Of a stretch of 31,277 nt of DNA, positions 1 through 9,863 are shown piece by piece; position 1 is the first letter of the stretch; every line of letters starts with the position of its first letter. Made by a program: the position numbers and the translations under genes. The notes beneath the pieces are model-generated. The model made no database searches and was not told the origin of the DNA. It was given only the letters and a program-made list of their open reading frames with translations. Origin of the DNA: Octopus sinensis (taxonomy: Eukaryota); contig NW_021832309.1 in NCBI RefSeq assembly GCF_006345805.1, positions 1 through 31,277 of the forward strand, given 5' to 3'.

Positions 1-98
1 AGATCTGGAGCTGGGCTAAGAAGTCACATTCGATCACAGCACCAATAACAGTTAAGATACGTGCAATGGCCATACTCGATAACGAGGGGGCAGCCATC
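1..98 (+). mobile_element. 3' tail of an RTE-derived non-autonomous retroposon (continues left of the window)
   Basis: gtgcaatggccatactcgataacgagggggcagccatcat (61-100) nearly matches 22931-22970 (gtgcaatggccatactcgataacgagggggaagccaccat); both are followed by a TA-rich tract. Confidence 0.5.
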
Positions 99-373
99 AT
101 ATATATATATATATAGTGTAATAAATAAAATATATGCATACATACAAACATATATGTACGTACCGACATCTACATGTATATATACATGCATATATAAATA
201 TATATACGTACAGGACACCACAAGAAGACGTAAAAATCAACAGAAACGAAAACGGAAAAGCCATTTTGTTACAACAGAAGCACAGAGACGTGGAACAAGA
301 CGAAACGAAAACGGGAAAAACAATTATGTACAGCAGAAAAATGAAGTACCGGACATGCTGCACAAGGAAAAAT

Positions 374-431
374 CCCCTTCATCGGCTGTCGCTAGCAGAC
401 ATAGCGTATTTCGAAGGCAAGACAGGAAACG
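374..431 (-). ncRNA. Candidate permuted hammerhead ribozyme, copy 1 (core variant CCGAUGA)
   Basis: Minus strand: cgttt-C-ctgtc-ttg-ccttc-GAAA-tacg-(14 nt)-gacag-CCGATGA-agggg. Stem I ctgtc/gacag; stem III has a U.U mismatch; U4 is changed to C. Confidence 0.45.
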
Positions 432-1224
432 TCTGGCCATGCTAGGCCTTCCTACAAGAGAATTAAAATAAAATAACCTCGTAGAGGAGTAAAACGACCA
501 AGAAAAAATGTAACACAGAAAGGGACGTAACAAAGAACTGCAGAAAAAATACAAGAAAAAATACAAAATTAAAGATACATGTACAAGAAAATACAAAACG
601 AGAATTAAATTACAATACGAGAAATCAAAATAAACAAGAGAACAAACGAAAAAGACGAACGAAGGCCTTTGTTCTGGCGGGGACGAGAAGGTAACTGGCG
701 AGCGCTGGGAAACATGACCTTAGGGCCTGAATGCAACAGGCGAAAGGATTAGCAGTGACGAAATTGAGGAGGAGTGAGAGAGAGAGAGAGAAGGGTGAGG
801 CAGAGAGAGAAAGAGAGAGAGAGAGGGGAAGGCAAAGCAAAGGGAGAGAATTTCGCGTCATTGTAGTAAACTGTAAAACAAACTGGGAGGAAAGAGACGG
901 AACGAAGTGAGAATTCGAAAAATCGAAAATTCAAACGAACCCGACGCGAAGCGCTGTCAGACAATAGTGTAATAAGTAAAATATATGCATACATACAAAC
1001 ATATATGTACGTACCGACATCTACATGTATATATACATGCATATATAAATATATATACGTACAGGACACCACAAGAAAACGTAAAAGTCAACGGAAACGA
1101 AAACGGAAAAGCCATTTTGTTACAACAGAAGGACAGAGACGTGGAACAAGACGAAACGAAAACGGGAAAAACAATTATGTACAGCAGAAAAACGAAGTAC
1201 AGGACATGCTGCACAAGGAAAATT

Positions 1225-1282
1225 CCCTTTCATCAGCTGTCGCTAGCAGACATAGCGTGTTTCGAAGGCAAGACAGGACACG
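1225..1282 (-). ncRNA. Candidate non-circularly permuted hammerhead ribozyme, copy 2
   Basis: Minus strand: cgtgt-C-ctgtc-ttg-ccttc-GAAA-cacg-(14 nt)-gacag-CTGATGA-aaggg. Stem III acacg/cgtgt, GUC triplet, stem I ctgtc/gacag, stem II aaggg/ccttc with a mismatch next to the core. Confidence 0.6.
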
Positions 1283-1608
1283 TCTGGTCATGCTAGGCCT
1301 TCCTACGAGAGAATTAAAATAAAATAACCTCGTAGAGGGGTAAATCGAGCAAGAAAAAATGTAACAAAAACAAGGACGTAACAACTTTTTCCCGTTTTCG
1401 TTTCGTCTTGTTCCACATCTTGTTCCATGTTACAACATATAAAATTTTCTCAATAAAGCCAAGAAAAAATGATGTTTTATAAACACATTCTACCAGTATA
1501 CGAAGTTTAAAACTTTTTAGTTACCTAGAAATTATGTTACAAAGTGCCGAAAAGATCCCAGTATTGTAATCACGGCACCGTATTAAAAAACATTTCGCAT
1601 CGAAAGCA

Positions 1609-1632
1609 CACACACACACACCACACACACAT

Positions 1633-1700
<68 letters not shown>
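1609..1700. repeat. (CA)n-(TA)n compound microsatellite
   Basis: Visible dinucleotide runs. Confidence 0.95.
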
Positions 1701-1703
<3 letters not shown>

Positions 1704-2004
1704 CAAAATAATTAAATTATAATCTTTGATTTGCATTGTGTGAAAGTTTTCTGAAACGATTCGAAACGTTCGAACGTGAATAATGTTATGTAAAGATATA
1801 ATTTTCATTATTTGTCTCAATGCTATTCTACTCTTTTCTTAATGCTTCAGCGATTGCTGAACGACCTCGGAGGTGCAGTTTGTACGAGTCACTCAGAGAA
1901 TTTAACCGATATAGATTATTATACTTTTCACTGGACAATCTATTAGCCAGGTTTAATCACACTGAGTGCTTATTGACGTATTCGCCTGGATTTCTTCAAT
2001 CCTT

Positions 2005-2022
2005 ATTTTCCCATATATATAT

Positions 2023-2067
<45 letters not shown>

Positions 2068-2068
2068 C

Positions 2069-2127
<59 letters not shown>

Positions 2128-2145
2128 AGCACACATACACATATA
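2005..2145. repeat. (TA)n-(CA)n compound microsatellite
   Basis: Visible dinucleotide runs. Confidence 0.95.
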
Positions 2146-3360
2146 CATAGACATAAATAGACAGCCCATAAAACATCGTTTTATGCTTATTTTAACTTGA
2201 AATGGTTTATATATTTATTTTATCAATATACATTTTTATGTTCCAGGTTCTATATGTGACTGTTTAATCATGTCACGGACAAAAGAAGGCTTGGAACTGT
2301 CCAAATTTCAAAGAGGCCGTATTGTGAATCAATCTGAAGGTGGACTTAGTGTAAAATCACAGAAAACATTAGGATCCCACTTTCTACAGTTAATAGAGTG
2401 ATTGTGCAATTCACCACAGAGAGGAAGGAGTCCACATCACCTTGCTCAGGTCGACCAGGACCATCAGACAGGACTCTTCGCTTTGTTAAGAGAAGTGTGG
2501 AGGATAATCCTCGTTGCAAGGCCTCTGACATAGCAAAACATGTTGATATCAGTCCCAGAACAGCTGTCAGGTATCTCCACAACTTAGCTACTATGGCAGA
2601 GCAGTAAGAAGGAAGTCACTTCTTCAACCAGCCAATATCAAGCGGAGAAAAGATTGGGCCAGTGCGATGGTGGAGAAGTCACTAGCATTTTGGGACACTA
2701 ATATTCTCTAATGAGTCCAAATTTGCTGTATTTTCTGATATTGGTCGAGTGTGGGTCTGGAGACTCTGTGATCAAGAATTTGATGCGAAAAGATTGCAGC
2801 CTGCAATGAAACATGGCAGTTTTTCTGTGATGGTCTGGGGAGCAATTTCGAGCAATTGCCGATCAGAGCTGGTGGAGTGTGATGGAACCATAAACTCAGA
2901 TAAATATGTGTCCATATTGCAGAAAGGACTCCTTCCAATCTTCTCCAGTGGTGAAATAATTAAAGAAGACTTTATTTATGGAAGATGGGACATTTTGTCA
3001 CACAGCTAAAAAGACCCAAGATTGGTTGGAAGACAATGGCATTAGCTTCCATAACCAATTCAGTCGCCAGATATAGACCATATTGCATAATGGACGGACA
3101 CTTAGTAAAAAGAACAAGAAAGCATCTTGAAATCCAGATTTTTGAGATTACTGCGTGAAACATGGTATGAAATTCCTTAAGAGAATATTCATCTGATCAG
3201 TAGCATGCCTAATGGGGTCCTTGCACTGAAAACTTCAAAGGGCATGTCCACTAAATATCAAATAATCAGATTATAGCAATAAATAAATAATTTCAAAGTA
3301 TAATTTCAGATTTAAAATAATTTTAACGAATATAAGTGTGTCTATTTACTTCTGTCATAT
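2145..3360 (+). mobile_element. Decayed Tc1-family DNA transposon
   Basis: Degenerate inverted termini (taaatagaca at 2154-2163 vs tgtctattta at 3339-3348, plus ttattttaa...tgaaat similarity), flanked by TA/CA microsatellite and enclosing a transposase relic. Confidence 0.75.
2270..3261 (+). pseudogene. Tc1-type DDE transposase pseudogene
   Basis: MSRTKEGLELSKFQRGRIV (paired-like HTH start), [20 protein letters not shown] (first catalytic D changed to N), HGSFSVMVWGAIS, FMEDGTFCH, QSPDIDHI, GMSTKY. Several frameshifts and stops. Confidence 0.9.
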
Positions 3361-4194
3361 ATATGTGTGTGCGAATGTGTGTATGCATCTATGTGTGTGT
3401 ATGTATTTGTTTATGTACATGTGTATGTATGTATGTGTGCGTGTTTGTCTTTCTCTCTGTAGACAACAGGTTTCTACAATATTTCCATCCACCAAATTCT
3501 CTGAAACGTCATTTTTCAGCTCGGGTCTAGGAGACACTTGCTTAAAAAGTGCCGTAACCCACTGACTCTGACGCCACATTTCTGTGTAGTAAAACTTCTT
3601 TCCTGCGCAGATCTACCTTAGCCTATAATTTTTTCACCTGAGCATTTAAAAATTTAGAAAAAGCATATAAAAACTATTGCTTATATTCTTATATTAATTC
3701 TACTTTAGGAATTACAAAATGATATATATAACGTTTCTTTTTTTTTTAAACCGTTCGAGGATATGTTTGTAAGTTTAAAAGCCTAAATTATATATTTAAA
3801 AAATTTATGATGTACAGTTAGAGAACCACTCGTCTAGAAATTGTGAGCAGAAACTTTCAACAGATATAAGTAGGACACAAATGGGGGCGGAGTCGTTGGT
3901 AGTTGTCTTAGTTTCTGCTTCTTTTCTCATCATGTGATGCCCTACACACATACACACACACACACACACACACATTTATATAAGTATGATGAAGAAGATT
4001 ATGCTATGAGAGTTCATAAGAGATTGACAAGCCGGCAGCCCTAACATAAGTAGATTTCGATGGCTTTTAACTGTCTAATGTTGCGAGGTTTGTAGGATGA
4101 GACGAAACTTCATTCGTCATTAAGGGTTCTTAAAAGGATATACCAGTGAATATACGTACATTTCTCTTCCAAATCATGATTATTCAGGCTGTTG

Positions 4195-4460
4195 TTGCTG
4201 TTATTATTATTGTTGTTGTTGTTACTTTGCTTGTTGTTGTTATTTAACCCCAGATCAGAATTCACTGAACAGACCAAAGATCAGCGAAGTTTAAGCTATG
4301 ACAACCCCGTAGTTCTGTCGCTGGATTAAACTGTTTCTAATGCCACCTTATTAAATGTGTCCCTTCGCTTTTCACAATATAACGCTTTTCACAATACCGA
4401 AGTTTGAGGGAGGTTCGTTTGGTTGCTATTTCTAACTGCCTCAGCGATTGCATAGGGGTT
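4195..4460 (-). mobile_element. Degraded SINE-like repeat (family D), with a (TTG/TTA) tail
   Basis: tttaaccccagatcagaattcactgaacagaccaaagatc resembles, in reverse, segments at ~27960-28030 and ~31090-31180. Heavily diverged; alignment by eye only. Confidence 0.3.
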
Positions 4461-5105
4461 CTCTCTTTACATTGAAATGTTTGCATGAGGATGCTTCTTG
4501 TTCAAGGAAGGTGAAGATGGATTGAAATCTATTGTGACTGTACAGGAATTTATTTGGGCCAGAAGTGACGTCTACTATATAATTAATATTATTAAGGTAA
4601 AGAAAAGAGACTGTGGGAGTTGACTTCTGGGGCCCTCAACGCTCGATCAAATTCAAAAATATAAAAACAAAATTTAGACACCCAGTCACAAAATGGTGAA
4701 CATCTGATCGAATACATCATACATAAACGGAAACAAGCATTACAATGAAAATGCCGGCAATAGCATAATTATTATAGTAAATCGAACATGTTTTAATTAA
4801 TATAAGGTAAAATAAGCATCAGTGATGTTTTGTCGCACGCAAAAAATGCAGGATCTACTCAAGAGATATGCTAGCTCTTATAAATCTATTGCAATGATGG
4901 TGACCCTTCCGTATCGTCAGAATGTAGCTAAAGGTCACAAGCGTTTCATCCCTAGCCCTGCACTTTTCACCTGAAAGGGTCAGCGAAGACTGAGCAAGTT
5001 TTTAACTACGGAAGGGTTCCACTTGCGGTCTCTTATCAACCATACCCATCTTGAGCTTATTTCCTTGATGGCCTTCTTCATTTGTCGTTTTCATGAAATC
5101 GTGCA

Positions 5106-5342
5106 CTAATCCGGATGGAAATCCATGACAGCCAACTTCAGTAGGGATGAGAACAAATTAACACGTAAATAACTAATTGAAGTAGCAATGAAGTACACGC
5201 TATGTCTTAATTCGTTCAGGCAGATTCGAATCAACTCTTTTCTGAGATGACATGTGTAGTCACAACACACCCGATTTATATTGAACTCTGCGCTGTTTCG
5301 ATCTCGCTTTTTCTTTTGAGCTGAAGCTAAGTCAGAACGAAC
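5106..5342 (-). CDS. Putative last coding exon of an insulin/IGF/relaxin-superfamily peptide precursor (A-chain-like)
   Basis: After a pyrimidine tract and gtttag acceptor: VRSDLASAQKKKR-DRNSAEFNINRVCCDYTCHLRKELIRIC-LNELRHSVYFIATSISYLRVNLFSSLLKLAVMDFHPD* (78 aa). This is the only open frame. Non-repetitive, higher-GC island; ATTAAA downstream at 4797-4792. Confidence 0.5.
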   Translation of the reverse strand, partial: VRSDLASAQKKKRDRNSAEFNINRVCCDYTCHLRKELIRICLNELRHSVYFIATSISYLRVNLFSSLLKLAVMDFHPD

Positions 5343-5508
5343 CTAAACAAGACATATGGTGTTGTTTATAGAAGCCAGTAAAAAGAAAAGAAGAAATATT
5401 TGCTGCTACTTGCTGATGTCAACAAAATGAATAATATATTGTCATGTGCATGGAAAATAGCAAGAATCAAAGCAATAACATAGATTCTCATTATTTTTAC
5501 GTTTCAAA

Positions 5509-5940
5509 GGCGGCGAGCTGGCAGAAATGTTAGCACGCCGGGCGAAATGCATAGCCGTATTTCGACTGCCGTTACGTTCTGAGTTCAAATTCCGCCGAGA
5601 TCGACTTTGCTTTTCATCCTTTCGGGGTCGATTAAATGAGTACCAGTTATGTACTGGGGTCGTTGTTATCGACTTAATCCGTTTGTCTGTCCTTGTTTGT
5701 CCCCTCTATGTTTAGCCCCTTGTGGGCAATAAAGAAATAAGGATCTTTAGCACGCTGGATGAAATGCTTAGCGGTATTTCGCCCGTCGCTATGTTCTGAG
5801 TTCAAATTCCGCCGAGGTCGACTTTACCTTTCATCCTTTCGGGGTAGATAAATTGAGTACCAATCAAGTACTGAGGTCGATGTAATCAACTATGCCCCTC
5901 CCCACATATTCCAGTCCTTGATCCTATAGCAGAATGGATT
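5509..5940 (+). mobile_element. tRNA-derived SINE family A, two-unit copy
   Basis: Head ggcggcgagctggcagaaatg with B-box gagttcaaattcc; core gtcgactttgcctttcatcctttcggggtcgat occurs twice. Confidence 0.85.
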
Positions 5941-6353
5941 AGTGTTACGTTTCAGCAAATTCGAAAGTGAGAATATGGTAATCGCTCTTGTGTTTAATCC
6001 ATAAACAACTTCTCCGATTTATATATTCCCGTTCGAGTTGTTAAGGTCATCTCCACAGATTTTCTATAGAAATTATATGCAAAACTGATTTTGTTACGAC
6101 GTTTCGTATTCGAGAGGCCAGGTGTAAATACGCAATAAGATCGAACATGAAAAATGGGTAATGCCATATTTCAGGAGATTTTGCTCGTTCCTCAGCACCC
6201 ATCCAACCCATTAATCGTTTGATATACTTGGTAGTATTTTATGCTTGCATAAGAAAATACGGTGTCCCTACAGGTCAGTTATTGATATTCGCGTTTGAAA
6301 CCGTACGTCATTGTTATGATTCTTGCAGTTTTTCGCGAACGTAGCAATTTACC

Positions 6354-6785
6354 GTAGGCGCAGGAGTGGCTGGTGGTAAGTAGCTTGCTTACCAACCACA
6401 TGTTTCGTATTCAGTTCTACTGCATGGCACCTTGGGCATGTATCTCCTACATGTATCGCCTCGGACCAACCAAAGCCTTTTGAATGGATTTGGTAGACGG
6501 AAACTGAAAGAATCCCGTCGTATATATGTATATATATGTATGTGTGTGTGTATGAGTGTATGTGTGTGTGTGTTTGTGTGTGTCTGTATTTGTCCCCCCA
6601 ACATCGCTTGACAACCGATACTGGTATGTTTACGACCCCGTAAACTAGCTGTTCGGCAAAAGAGCCCGATCGAATAATTAATAGGCTTACAAAAAATAAG
6701 TCCTTGGGTCGATTTACTCGACTAAAGCCGATGTTTCAGCATGGCCACTATCAAATGACTTAAAGAAGTAAAAGAATAAAAATAA
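6354..6785 (+). mobile_element. tRNA-derived SINE family B, full length with internal microsatellite
   Basis: gtaggcgcaggagtggctg head, ggatttggtagacggaaactgaaag body, (TA/TG) tract, tail ccccaacatcgcttgacaaccgat...aaaagaataaa. Homologous to 15016-15400 (minus strand). Confidence 0.85.
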
Positions 6786-7124
6786 AACAACAAGGGAGAC
6801 AATCTCGATATTTCGATATCCTAATTTAAATATTTTTCATAATTAAAGTAAGATGGAGTGTATCCCATCGTCAGGAGTATAGTTAACAATTTGTAGTATG
6901 TCTGGGTAGTTTTTACATTTCATCATGAATTATAGTTTGACTGTTACTGTTAGATATATTGAATGCCTTGAGAAATATAGATTTTTTTTTCGTGAATATC
7001 AAGTCAATTACAGTTATGGCAAAAATTTAAGCGATAAATTCTTCGGTGAGAGAATTTATGTATTAGGTATTTGTTTTGCAAAATTTCACAATTGTGAAAC
7101 ATCAATATTTTCTCTTAAATCACA

Positions 7125-7330
7125 CACAAGCACGCACACAATTTCACAGACACGCATACACACACAACAAACCCTCCACACACATATATGTATGTATATA
7201 TGTATATATATATGTACATATATATGTATATATATATGTATGTATATATATATATATATGTATGTATATATGTATATACGCATGCATTTCGGTATACGTT
7301 TATGTAAATACATATGCATATATATGTAAG
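7125..7330. repeat. (CA)/(TA)/(TATG) compound microsatellite
   Basis: Visible simple repeat. Confidence 0.9.
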
Positions 7331-7514
7331 TATAAATGTTTATATGTATATTCTAAATATATGCTATTTCTAAATTCGGTGTGTGGTGAGGCAAATCGTT
7401 GCTAAACCCTTAATTACTTAGTATTACTTAAACCTTCCTCGAATGGGGCTTTTACATGCCGATATCTACTTGGTGAAATTAATAATTACTCCAAATTAAT
7501 TGATTTCACCCTAT

Positions 7515-7835
7515 ATTATTATGTATATATATATATATATGTATGTATATATACATATGTATAAATATGTATATATATATATATGAATATATGCCTATAT
7601 ATATATATATTAATATATATCTATATCTATATTGATATATATATATATATATACACGTATGTAAGTTTGCATGTATATATAGGTATATATATACATATTT
7701 ATTCATATGTATATAAATATATATGCATATGCATATATCCATATATATATATATACATATACAAATATATATTTATCTATGTGTATATAACTATGTATAT
7801 ATATATCTATGTCTATACACACACACACACACACT

Positions 7836-7876
<41 letters not shown>
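7515..7876. repeat. Degenerate (TA)n/(CA)n microsatellite
   Basis: Visible simple repeat. Confidence 0.9.
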
Positions 7877-8080
7877 GTGACCTCCTGAGTACCGCTGGCT
7901 ATTTTATTTCTCTGTCTTCTCTTCTCGGGAGCTTTCCTTCTCCTATGTTTCCGACGAAGAGCTCCGCTCGAAACGTTAAACCCTCCTTCTTTCCTTCTTT
8001 CCTGAGCGTCCAATAATACTTTATTTGTTCCACGTCCTCGCGTTGTTGTGTTTTTTTGTGTTTTCTTGTTTGGATTAACT
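7877..8080 (+). mobile_element. Penelope-like pseudo-LTR fragment with a degenerate type I hammerhead core
   Basis: CCGACGA-a-gagc-tcc-gctc-GAAAcgtt...agcGTC (7951-8010), then a ttgttgtgttttttt tail; inserted between (TA)n tracts. Confidence 0.65.
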
Positions 8081-8091
8081 ATATATATATA

Positions 8092-8146
<55 letters not shown>

Positions 8147-8159
8147 TATACACATATAA

Positions 8160-8700
8160 AACATTGCAAAATATAGGAATATTGATAAAGGAAATATTTG
8201 TAAATTAGATTTTCGAATAAGCATGATTAGAAATATAAGAATATTGAAAATTGAAAAATTGCGAATATAAGAATGCTGAAGGATGGAAGATTACGAATAT
8301 AGGAATATTGGAAAATTGGAGATTGAAAGGTTAAAATTTTTTAAATATATTGATGACTAAAAGATTAGGAACATAAGAATTGTAAGAAATGAATAATTAC
8401 CATATTGAGAATAAATATTGAAGTGTTCCAATATAAGAATTGGCGGAATATAAAAGTGTATAATTATAACATTAAAGAATAAAAGATTACATAAGTATAA
8501 GAATATTGAAGTATAAAACAACATAAAATTCAAGAATATTCGCAAATAAAATCTTCGAATATAAGAATTTTGTAGAATGAATATTATTCCGCTCACTACA
8601 TTACATAAAATTTGCCCCTACCTTAATTTTATGTTACTAGATGAATATTTTCCTTGTCTTAGAGAAATTCTATATTCATAACTAACATCAGTTCGCTCTC
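8160..8700. repeat. Degenerate AT-rich minisatellite (unit roughly aagattacgaatataagaatattg)
   Basis: Recurring ttacgaatata(a/g)gaatattg variants; orientation appears to flip near 8600. Confidence 0.6.
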
Positions 8701-8779
8701 TTAATTGCACTCTTGGGCCGCCGGGTCGAGTTAGAAATAGCAGTTTCAGAGCCAAGCGGCTATAAGGAATCAGCGAATA

Positions 8780-9278
8780 TTAGGTCGACTTTGCCTTTCA
8801 TCCTTTCGGGGTCGATTAAATAAGTACCAGTTACGCACTGAGGTCGATATAATCGGCTTAATCCGTTTGTCTGTCCTTGTTTGTCCCTTCTGTGTGTAGC
8901 CCATTGTGGGTAGTAAAGAAATAGGTATTTCATCTGCCGTTACGTTCTGAGTTCAAATTCCGCCGAGGTCGACTTTGCTTTTCATCCTTTCGGGGTCGAT
9001 TAAATAAGTACCATTTACGCACTGCGGTCGGTATAATCGACTTAATCCGTTTGTCTGTCGCTGTTTGTCCCCTCTGTGTTTAGCCCCTTGTGGGCAGTAA
9101 AGAAATAGGTATTTTGTCTGTCTTTACGTTCTGAGTTCAAATTCCGCCGAGGTCGACTTTGCCTTTCCTCCTTTCAGGGCCGATGAATTAAATACCAGTT
9201 GCGTACTGGGGGCGATCTAATCGACTGACCTCCCTCTCCCAATATTTCGGGCCTTGTGCCTAGATTAGAAACGATTAT
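8780..9278 (+). mobile_element. SINE family A, three head-to-tail core units (184-bp period)
   Basis: aaagaaataggtatt junctions at 8915 and 9099; the core gtcgactttgc(c/t)tttc(a/c)tcctttc occurs three times. Confidence 0.85.
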
Positions 9279-9823
9279 ATATACGTGTGTGTGTACATAA
9301 ATATATACATACATATATATACATACATAATATGTTAAATAAAATAAGACAACAAAACCAAGGGTGTGGGGAATTCACAGGTGATTTATAAAGAGAAAGT
9401 TAGTCTCATTTTATTTAACATATACATGCTCATACAAGACCCGCATTAGACTCCCCACTCGTATCATTATCGAAACAAGAGTTTAACTACGGCCCTTCCA
9501 TAGCACTTACAATGCGTTACCTGCCACCTTGGGTCTTCTGGATACCATTACCTCTCATGTATATATACATATATATATATATTTATATTGCGTGTATTAT
9601 GTTGAACTGTCGTATGTCCAAATTTGCGCAAATGCGTATTTATTTCTGATTGCAATAGCCGGTTCTTTTTGTCAAACTATCGTATATCCAGCTGCTTCAG
9701 ATACCAAGATATCAAAAATTGTCAAAGTATGGTACTGCGATTTTGCTATGCAATGGTGAAAATATTTTTACGTTTTCTGAAAAAGCAACGTTTTGGACCT
9801 ACGAAACGTTTGCATAATAGCAA

Positions 9824-9861
<38 letters not shown>

Positions 9862-9863
<2 letters not shown>

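Larger units (their letters stand above)
114..1430 (-). mobile_element. Penelope-like/retrozyme-like non-autonomous element with an 851-bp-period direct repeat and a short terminal inverted segment
   Basis: 114-~520 repeats at 965-~1383 (tagtgtaa at 114 and 965). 1386-1416 is the reverse complement of 1141-1171. The minus strand is pyrimidine-rich like PLE tails. No RT or GIY-YIG ORF is visible, so the PLE assignment is inference. Confidence 0.6.

Noticed and set aside
1205-1240. Conventional type I or III hammerhead reading of CTGATGA-aagg-gaatttt-cctt
   Set aside because: The local hairpin is followed by GTGC, not GAAA; only the A-C-B arrangement supplies all conserved nucleotides. The hairpin may compete with that fold.
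3480-3900. Possible DNA-transposon remnant (similar AT-rich pieces at 1430-1600 and 30050-30230)
   Set aside because: No TIR pair or coding motif could be established by eye.
6925-7888. ORFs rich in YI/CV/HT repeats, and similar ones at 1521-2200, 13694-14056, 19065-20052 and 22040-22604
   Set aside because: Translations of dinucleotide and tetranucleotide microsatellites; no protein signal.
8780-9278. CRISPR-like or satellite array
   Set aside because: Units are ~184-bp SINE modules without unique spacers; eukaryotic context, no cas genes.
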